Source of the DNA: an uncultured Clostridium sp.
GTDB lineage: Bacteria > Bacillota > Clostridia > TANB77 > CAG-508
Length of the DNA: 64,000 bases
Direction: 5' to 3'
Assembly: GCA_947647595.1 (NCBI GenBank)
Contig: CANSKZ010000005.1
Location: 53,569-117,568, forward strand
Shown: piece by piece, positions 56,617 through 64,000 of the stretch
Layout: each line of letters opens with the position of its first letter
How positions within the stretch are numbered: position 1 is the stretch's first letter
Translations under genes and position numbers: made by a program
The notes under the pieces: generated by a model
What the model was told of the DNA's origin: nothing
Database searches by the model: none
Seen by the model: the letters and a program-made list of their open reading frames with translations, nothing else

Positions 56617-56743
56617 GGTTTATTTTCTCCTTTTCTGTTGTTTCGGTTTCGTTCTGTTACATTGTAGCATATCTGTTGTGAAAAAGCAAGAAAAAACTAC
56701 TCTTTTTTAAGAATAGTTTTTTAATCCCTAGTGTTTCAAAAAA

Positions 56744-57625
56744 TTAAGATAAAAATTCCTTTACTATAAGTGGCAAATATGTCTCATTTTCATTTTTTAT
56801 TACTTTATCTGATAAACATGCTACAAATTTTAATGGAAAGGATTCTTCCTCGGTATTTGTAATATACTTAAAGGGACTATTTCTTATAGAATTTCTTACC
56901 TTGTCTTTTAAATAATTAGGCACTTGATTCATGAAATCATCAAAAAGTGAATCGTCAAAATCAAAACTTGCTAACAATTCTTCATCTTTTTGAATTACAG
57001 CCAAAAAAGTAAATTTACTATCACTTAATCTATATATATCATTAATATAACAATTAGAAAATTTTTGCAATATATCTTGAGTTATTCCTTGTTTTATGCA
57101 CCATAGTCCAAAATCATTTTTATAATTAAAAATATGAGGATTTATAAATGCTGCTGGACTTAAAAGTTCAAATACCTGCTCCCAATTTTTTTCACTTGCA
57201 TTTCCAAGATAAAAATGTAATAATGGCTCTTCTTTATCTACATCAAATATACTTATTTCTTTACCATTACATAAGACAAAACGTTTTATTTGTACTTTTC
57301 TATTAATTGCATAACTATAAGCTTGTTCAACATTTTTTCCCTTACAAATATTTTCTAGTGGAGATTTTGCTTCTATAATAAAAGCATTCTTACCTTTAAC
57401 TTTAATAAGATAATCTGGAATTATATCATTTTTAACATTTTTTGTTCCAAATCTGGTAAATGGATGCTCTAAATGTGGCCCTCTCACAATACAATTTGAT
57501 TTATCAAAAGCTGAATATCCTAGAATTTTTAACAGAGGTGCAATAATATCTTCTCTTACACCATCTTCATTATAACCTTCTGGTAAATTATTAAAATCTA
57601 TATTTTCAAATATGCTCATTTCCAT
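56744..57625 (-). CDS. PD-(D/E)XK nuclease-like protein with type I restriction HsdR N-terminal-type domain
   Basis: 293 aa. GVREDIIAPLLKILGY ... IPDYLI ... FIIEAKSP is the HSDR_N pattern (D...EAK). Confidence 0.6.
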   Translation of the reverse strand: MEMSIFENIDFNNLPEGYNEDGVREDIIAPLLKILGYSAFDKSNCIVRGPHLEHPFTRFGTKNVKNDIIPDYLIKVKGKNAFIIEAKSPLENICKGKNVEQAYSYAINRKVQIKRFVLCNGKEISIFDVDKEEPLLHFYLGNASEKNWEQVFELLSPAAFINPHIFNYKNDFGLWCIKQGITQDILQKFSNCYINDIYRLSDSKFTFLAVIQKDEELLASFDFDDSLFDDFMNQVPNYLKDKVRNSIRNSPFKYITNTEEESFPLKFVACLSDKVIKNENETYLPLIVKEFLS

Positions 57626-57685
57626 TGCTCCTTTATTAATCTATTTTTATTAATACATCTAAAATTACAAATTTTAACATTTATA

Positions 57686-58517
57686 TTAATATTTTAACAC
57701 TTCTTCTTTACATAATTTACCATCTTCGTAATATTCTAAATTTACTCGTTGTTCTTTTATATTTATATCATAAAAGATTCCTATTGCATACATGCAAATA
57801 TGTCTGGGTAATTCTTCAAAATTTATTTCATTATAGTACGAATTTTTAGTCATATATTCTAATCGTTCTCTATCTTCTTTTCTCTTTTTGCTATTGGTAG
57901 ATTTTTTCATCTCTATAGCAATTAAATTATCCTGTTGCTTATTATGACCTCTACTATGTACTATAAGATCACATTCTATTCTGATTATTTTCAATTCATT
58001 ATTTATTATTGTCTTCATCATATGGTTATTTCTGTCATAATCTGTATCTGCCCAATATCCATTTACCCCGCATTTCTTTCATGGTATCTCTCAAATAATT
58101 TGCTAGATTTTGACAAAGATTTCTTTCCGAAATATTACGATTAATATTTTCTTTTTCTTCTTTTAAAAATTTTCTATTTGCATTTTTAAAAATTTTATAA
58201 GCTATAGTCCTATTCTTTTTTACATTAGTATTATATTCAGCAAGTCTTTTCTTCAATTCTTCTCTGTCCAACCTTAATTGTTCTCTTCCTAAATCAGTAA
58301 TTATATATCTTCCTCTATCAATCTTTTTTATCATTCCTAAATTGCATAATCTAGTTATAGCAAATCCAATTGTAAATTGAAATTTACTTTCTTCCTCTTT
58401 GGTCAGTAGCAATATCCTTCTTTGTTCGTTTATCATCGATTGTCTTGAATATTCTATGTTATTTCTCATATTATTTAATATTTCAATAGATAAATCTTCT
58501 ACTTTTGGTATAGCCAT
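57686..58517 (-). CDS. Mrr_N winged-helix + PD-(D/E)XK-like nuclease protein, interrupted by one +1 break
   Basis: ORF 58035..58517 has an Mrr N-terminal-like wHTH. ORF 57686..58021 has CDLIVHSRG...NLIAIEMKK. They join at an in-frame CGG (ccg 58068..58070): KEM-G-VNGYWADTDYDRNNHMMKTII. Confidence 0.65.
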
Positions 58518-58527
58518 AATTACTCCT

Positions 58528-59931
58528 TTATTTACTACTAATATATTTCTGATTCTTACTTTTCGGCTTATCTGGTATTGTCATTTTCATTTTTCCACTA
58601 TCTACTAATGGTTTCAAATAATTTCTTTTAAATCGATCCACACTTTTATACCCACAATATTCCGCAATTTCTTTTGCCGTTCTTTCTTCTGTGCAAAATT
58701 GTAGTATTTTTTCTTGCGTTTTATCATACGTCTTTTCATACGTCTTTTCATACGTCTTTTTTTCTTCATTTTTACTATTTTGTGTTAAATCATACAACTC
58801 TTCATCCGTCTTCCTATAAAAAATAACACTAAATCCATTTTTCTTTATTTTAAATTCCACTTTTACATTTTCTTTTTGACATTCTTCATAAATTCTTTTA
58901 AAACCAGAACCCCATTTTTCAATATCTTTCGATAAATACAAAGTATTTGCAATCAACGGATTTCGTGGCATAGAACCTTCTTTGCCTTCAATGAAATCCT
59001 CTGGCGTATATCCTTCTGGAAATTCGCCTGGATTAAAAATTTCAATTCTATCCTTATAAATTGCAATTTCATTGCTTTTCGGATTTTTGAAATCTCTGTG
59101 TATAATCGAATTGATTAAAGCCTCTCTTATCGCTTCGATTGGGATTTCTGGGATTTCTATTCGTTCCATACTTCCACTTTTAAAATTAACAGGCCATTTT
59201 ATATTTTTCCTAATGTAACCTTCGCCAATTTCAATCAATTCAAAAATATTTCCAAAAACTTGGTCAATATCCAAAAAAGTTAGTTTCGTTTCTGTTGCAA
59301 AAATAGCCATTTGCATTTCGAGTTTTGCTTCCTTAGCAAACAAAATATATCCTGCATTCAATAATTCGCTATTTTTATTGATAAAAGACAATTTTTTCAA
59401 GATTTCCTCTTTGTTTGTATATGGAAAATTGATTCTTTTTGCTTCTCTACCTTTTTCAATAAAGCCTTTTAGCAATTCTTCATCAATATCTTGCATTGTA
59501 TAATCAGAAACTTTATTTTCCCATTTACCGACTTCGTTCTCATCTTTTAAAATGATATTCCTAATTTCCTTCATTGACAATTGTCTATCTTCATCGCCAA
59601 CTCTCATGTAAGCTCGTCCAAATGCTAAATAAGGAATATCGTCGCCTTCAAACTCAACTAATATACAGTCTTTATCATTCAACTTAATTTTATTCACGGT
59701 TGGATATATTTTCGGTTCTATATTTTCCGATATTGCCTTTGAAACATCTCGTATTGTCTTTGTTGAAACTTCTTGTCCAATAATCTCGCCATTATCTTTT
59801 ATTCCAAAATACAATTTTCCGTTCTGATGCTTATTCAATATCGAAACAATTGAAATAATTCCTTCTTTTAGTTCGCCAGTTGTTTTCTTGAATTCAATCA
59901 CTTCGTTTTCTAAAAAATTGATATTTGCCAT
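58528..59931 (-). CDS. AlbA_2/Schlafen-like DNA-binding domain + ATPase-like domain + wHTH protein
   Basis: 467 aa. ENEVIEFKKTTGELKEGI...NGKLYFGIKDNGEIIGQ is the AlbA_2 (divergent AAA_4) signature, with a C-terminal HTH. It contains a 3x12-nt in-frame tandem repeat. Confidence 0.65.
   Translation of the reverse strand: MANINFLENEVIEFKKTTGELKEGIISIVSILNKHQNGKLYFGIKDNGEIIGQEVSTKTIRDVSKAISENIEPKIYPTVNKIKLNDKDCILVEFEGDDIPYLAFGRAYMRVGDEDRQLSMKEIRNIILKDENEVGKWENKVSDYTMQDIDEELLKGFIEKGREAKRINFPYTNKEEILKKLSFINKNSELLNAGYILFAKEAKLEMQMAIFATETKLTFLDIDQVFGNIFELIEIGEGYIRKNIKWPVNFKSGSMERIEIPEIPIEAIREALINSIIHRDFKNPKSNEIAIYKDRIEIFNPGEFPEGYTPEDFIEGKEGSMPRNPLIANTLYLSKDIEKWGSGFKRIYEECQKENVKVEFKIKKNGFSVIFYRKTDEELYDLTQNSKNEEKKTYEKTYEKTYDKTQEKILQFCTEERTAKEIAEYCGYKSVDRFKRNYLKPLVDSGKMKMTIPDKPKSKNQKYISSK
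58725..58760. repeat. 3 x 12-nt perfect tandem repeat (catacgtctttt)
   Basis: Read directly. It encodes the (EKTY)3-like KTYEKTYEKTYDKT in the 467-aa protein. Confidence 0.9.
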
Positions 59932-60009
59932 AAACTTTTCTCCTATAAAATTATATTTTATATTGTAACATACTTTTTTTAATATTAGTAGCCTTTTTTC
60001 AAAATTTTA

Positions 60010-60222
60010 TCATTCCCATTCCTCTTCTTCCTCAATTTCTCGCTTCTTCTTATAACCAAAAACAACCTTTTCTTCCTTTTCAGCCAAATTATAAGCAAGC
60101 ACACTTGCCATAGCTTGTACAATTTGCTCTTCTGTATTAGGATTCACAAAAGTTATATTTAGCCCTCTTTTTTCCTTCAAATGCCTCTCCTGCCTTTCCT
60201 TTAATTGTATTTTTTCTAACAA
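60010..60222 (-). CDS. Hypothetical small protein
   Basis: 70-aa ORF with an acidic C-terminus. No homology recognised. Confidence 0.35.
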   Translation of the reverse strand: MLEKIQLKERQERHLKEKRGLNITFVNPNTEEQIVQAMASVLAYNLAEKEEKVVFGYKKKREIEEEEEWE

Positions 60223-60373
60223 AAAATATTACAATTTATTTTTCTATATATTAAGAACACGAAAAATTTTTTAAATGTTGAATTTTTTCAAAATTTTTTT
60301 AATTTTTTATAAAAACAGACCACTTCATTAAAGTAATCTGCTTAAAATAACTTAAAAGGCATTTGATATACTC

Positions 60374-60731
60374 TCATTTCTTCTCATAAAATGTCTCGAG
60401 CAAAATTCGCATTGCATCACTTATTCCGTTGTTTATAAACCTGCTCAGCATAAAAGCAATTTTTTCTCTCTACATTTTTTTGATATTCCTCAAAAATCGT
60501 TTCAAACTTTTTTCTCAAATCCTCATTCCCATGACAAACCAATTTTATTTGTTTTATCAATTCATTCTCATGTTTACTTACAATATCTTGAAATACCTCA
60601 AAATTTCTTTTAAATTGTTTTGTCAATATTTTCCCTTTATTTTGAAAATCATCATACAAAACACTTAAAATACTTTCTTCCTTTTTCATAAATATTTCTT
60701 CTAACATTTTCTCTTCCATAACTTTCTCCAC
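60374..60731 (-). CDS. Hypothetical protein (104 aa in the 0-frame, 118 aa if the CGG at 60426..60428 is skipped)
   Basis: The 0-frame ends ...VYKQ-R-NK*. The +1 reading gives ...VYKQ-G-ISDAMRILLETFYEKK* (stop at 60374..60376). Confidence 0.45.
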
Positions 60732-61097
60732 CTTTCCTTAATTTGTGTTTGATGTTAACTCTGTGTAGAAAATTAGTCAAGTCTTTTTCAAGATTTATTA
60801 TGTTTATTCCAATTTTTCTTCTTGCCTAATAGAAAAATAAATACAATGATTTTACTCCATGTAGCTCAAAAATTGCCTTAGGCAATTTTGCAGGATCAGG
60901 GTGACTACTCGTTACCCGTCAAACAGCCTAAAAGCGTGGCTTTTAGCAGGGTGCTATTGAAAAATCAAGTCATCAATCAGACGTCTCCACTTTTCTCTAC
61001 TTTATTCAACATTTTCGTTCTACCATCCATACAAAATCCCTCATTTATTCACACCACAATCGATTTTGTGGCATTTTATATCATAAATAGGTATTGC

Positions 61098-61863
61098 TCA
61101 TAATTTAAAGATAAATATATATTCATGTGCTAACAAATAAAAATCTCTGTTTACATTCTGACTCCAATAACCTGTCCTTTTGCAATTATGCTGTTCTTTT
61201 ATAATTATCTCTTTTAAAATGAAACCTGTTTTGATAAAAATATTCATGATATAAAAACCTAATGGAATAACATTTTTATTTTTTCTAATGTCTCCTATTA
61301 AAACTGCACAATACTTATTTCTCTTTAAGATTCTAAAACATTCTTTTGAAAATAACTTCATTTGATCTAAAAACTCATTTAATTCTAATCTTGATATGTC
61401 TTCTTTAATATCCTTACTATATTTTATAATATTTGCATATGGTGGATGTGCAAATAAAAAGTCTATACAATTATCTGGTACTATTCCTTTTAAATTTGTG
61501 GAATCTGCTCTTATTAATTTAGGTTCGTATAAATTGTTATTTTTGAAATTGATTCGTGCTTTTGCTATTCTAAGAGCATTGCTATTTACATCAATTCCGT
61601 ACTCCTTTTCTATTTAGTAACTTTGTTTCTATCATTGTCGTACCACTTCCACAAAATGTATCTAATACAATTTCTCCTTCTTTTGTATATTTTAAAATTA
61701 AGTTTCTAGGAACTTGTGGTGGACAATTACCTCTGTAATCTCCTTTGTGTGTTGCCCAGTTTCCTCTTTCTTCAAAATTCCATATTGTTGTATCTTCTAA
61801 TTCAAAATGTTCTGGTTTATCTTTCAAATTCATTCCTCCTATCTTAAAATACAAAAGGGACAA
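61098..61863 (-). CDS. DNA methyltransferase (N6-A/N4-C type), interrupted by one +1 break
   Basis: ORF 61591..61863 has motif I (DTFCGSGTT). Reading +1 from ccg 61597..61599 gives GIDVNSNALRIAKARINF...DFLFAHPPYANII (motif IV), continuous with ORF 61098..61361. Confidence 0.8.
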
Positions 61864-61904
61864 CTAATAAAAGTTGCCCCCACAATCTTTTTTATTTATC
61901 TATA

Positions 61905-62432
61905 TTAATCTTCTTCTGGTACTGGTAATCCCAATTTCTTTAGTGGTATGTATTCAAAATAATATTGACATCTTACACTTATGATATAATCTAACACATC
62001 TTTATACTGTGGCTTTTTAAACCAGTCACTTAGTAAATAAACATATTCCACTTCAATATTAGCTCTTGATAAAAGTTTTTGATACTGTTTCTTCTTAAAA
62101 TCACATGTTTGCAATTTCTCATCAACGGAACCTGCAACTTGTTGAAACTTACATTCTATAATAAATAAAGTATTATCAATTATGACATAAATACAATCAT
62201 CTGGTAATAATTGTTTTGATAAAATTTCTTTCCAATTTATATCATATTCTTCTAAAAATTTATAAAATTGATGTTTCTTAAATACTCTCGCTACTAATTC
62301 ATCCCTATAATATACCTTATCTTTTTCTACTTTATAACCTTTTTGTTTATTCAAAAAAGTTGCTAAATCTGTCTTTCCTTCAAATGCTAAACCTGTTAAG
62401 GTATTAGCTCCTCCTATTCCATCTTTTATCAT
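61905..62432 (-). CDS. Small PD-(D/E)XK restriction endonuclease candidate
   Basis: 175 aa. PDDCIYVIIDNTLFIIECKFQ fits the D-Xn-E-X-K pattern. It is sandwiched between methyltransferase genes and overlaps the upstream one by 4 nt. Confidence 0.6.
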   Translation of the reverse strand: MIKDGIGGANTLTGLAFEGKTDLATFLNKQKGYKVEKDKVYYRDELVARVFKKHQFYKFLEEYDINWKEILSKQLLPDDCIYVIIDNTLFIIECKFQQVAGSVDEKLQTCDFKKKQYQKLLSRANIEVEYVYLLSDWFKKPQYKDVLDYIISVRCQYYFEYIPLKKLGLPVPEED

Positions 62433-63215
62433 TTCATTTCCTCCTTTATTTCTTCATATCTTCTTATCGATAAATCCAAATACTCTTTTTCTCTTTCTAT
62501 TCCAATATAATTTCTTCCTAACTTATATGCTGCAATTCCTGTTGTTCCACTTCCACTGAAAGGATCTAAAACTATATCATTTTCATCTGTAGATGTTAGT
62601 ATTATTCTCTCTAATATTTCTAATGGTTTCTGTGTTGGATGTTTACCACATTTCTTTTCTGATGGTTTTGTTAAACTTGTCGTCCAAACATCTTTCATCT
62701 GCTTTCCATTATTGATTTCTTTCATCAATTCATAATTAAACTTATATTTACATTTCTCTATATCTTTTCTTGCCCAAATAATCGTTTCTGTTGAATGTGT
62801 AAATGTTTTACAAGCTAAGTTAGGTGGCGGATTTGTTTTCTGCCAAGTTATATTGTTTATTATTTTAAAACCTTCCTCTTCCAGTGCCATACCGATTGAA
62901 TAAATATTGTGTAATGTTCCACTTATCCAAATTGTTCCATTATCCTTCAAAATTCTATAACATTCTTTTATCCACTTTTTATTAAATTTATGTTTATATT
63001 TCAATGAATCCGATTCATCCCATTTGCCTTTATTTACGGATACCATTTTTCCACCGCCTACAGGTTATTCCATCATTGGATAAAAAATATGGTGGATCGG
63101 CAAATATTGTATCAATTGATTTATTTTCAAACTTTTTTAATACTTTAAATATATCACCTTTTATTAATTTGAAATGTTCCTGATTATAATAGTATTTTCC
63201 TGTATACATTATCAC
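62429..63215 (-). CDS. DNA methyltransferase (DpnA-like N6-A/N4-C type), interrupted by one +1 break
   Basis: ORF 63030..63215 has the FADPPY motif. Skipping the C at ccg 63054..63056 gives ITCR-G-GKMVSVNKGKWDE..., continuous with ORF 62429..63046 (DPFSGSGTT motif I). Confidence 0.85.
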
Positions 63216-63221
63216 ACTCCA

Positions 63222-64000
63222 TTATACATCATAATTGGTTACTAATATTTCTGATATCTTTCCTCTTCCATTTGAATTTGCATTTATCATTCTACTTGCC
63301 TGTATTTCATCTATATGAAAACCTTGATATATGTTATCAAAAAATGTATCCTCTTTGTTGATATTTTTAGGATTTGAATTACTTAGCATTAGCTTGGCGT
63401 TTCGTTCATTTAGATTTCGATAAAATACTGCCAACTCTTTTTGATTATCATCATTAAAATCTTCTTTCGTATAAGATGTAAAGCCAGACGTTACATTTAG
63501 TGGTCTGTATGGTGGATCAAAATACACAAATGTATTTTCTGTTACATATTCCATACTTCTACTATAATCTCCATACTGAAATTGAACATTTTGGATTAAT
63601 TTTGATAAATTTCTTAAATTTTCTTCATCACATATAGTAGGATTTTTATAACTTCCAACTGGAACATTAAATTTCCCAGCTTTATTCACTCGATATAATC
63701 CATTAAAGCAAGTCCTGTTCAAGTATATAAATTGTACTGCCCTTTGAACATTTTGCTCATTTTCTTTTAATATGTAATTGTTATATTTATCTCTTATTCT
63801 ATAAAAATAGTCTTTTCTTTCTTCCTGTCCTAACTCCAAATATTGCGTTTCCATTTGCTTTAAGTTTGTTATCAATTCTTCTACATTATTTTTAATAACA
63901 TGATAAGAATTAATTAAATCCATATTGATATCAAATGCATATGCTTCCTGCACCTTATATTTTTGCAATATATCAATTAACACTGCTCCACCACCAACAA
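63222..64000 (-). CDS. Dam-type (D12 class) N6-adenine DNA methyltransferase, 5' end beyond the window
   Basis: YFDPPYRPL motif IV. The frame stays open to the window edge, where it reads VGGGAVLIDIL (FxGxG motif I region). Confidence 0.85.
   Translation of the reverse strand, partial: VGGGAVLIDILQKYKVQEAYAFDINMDLINSYHVIKNNVEELITNLKQMETQYLELGQEERKDYFYRIRDKYNNYILKENEQNVQRAVQFIYLNRTCFNGLYRVNKAGKFNVPVGSYKNPTICDEENLRNLSKLIQNVQFQYGDYSRSMEYVTENTFVYFDPPYRPLNVTSGFTSYTKEDFNDDNQKELAVFYRNLNERNAKLMLSNSNPKNINKEDTFFDNIYQGFHIDEIQASRMINANSNGRGKISEILVTNYDV

Larger units (their letters stand above)
55066..64000 (-). mobile_element. Integrated element (skin-like intervening element or prophage remnant) inserted in spoIIID. 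The right end lies beyond the window.
   Basis: A large serine recombinase gene abuts the truncated spoIIID segment. The cargo is R-M and nuclease genes. No spoIIID 5' half appears before the window end. Confidence 0.7.

Overview
AT-rich chromosome segment from a spore-forming Firmicute, probably Clostridia-like, judging by sigH, yunB, veg, a SPOCS/LysM protein, a BofC-like protein and spoIIID. Nearly all genes lie on the minus strand. Recognisable housekeeping content: uvrA, lepA, groES-groEL with a CIRCE operator, pyrG, valS behind a T-box leader, tyrS, clpE, a class A PBP, a murD-like ligase, and four tRNAs (Thr-GGU, Gln-UUG, His-GUG, Glu-CUC). From 39.9 to 45.5 kb there is a cell-surface cluster: sortase, GT2 glycosyltransferase, a very large O-antigen-ligase-like membrane protein, and a prepilin-LRR protein preceded by a (CA)16 microsatellite. 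From about 55.07 kb to the window end there is an integrated element. A large serine recombinase bounds it, it sits inside spoIIID (only the 3' half of spoIIID is present), and it carries restriction-modification and other nuclease genes. The most unusual observation is codon-level. At least 10 otherwise conserved genes are split by a +1 frame break, including pyrG and the class A PBP. In every case the break falls exactly on an in-frame CGG codon, and skipping the C restores a conserved glycine (GGN) and the rest of the protein. I hand-scanned the window for CGG and found almost no in-frame CGG that is not such a site. This is either a phase-specific sequencing artefact or a codon-specific recoding system (CGG-triggered +1 frameshift or quadruplet CGGN = Gly). 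No CRISPR array and no rRNA were seen.
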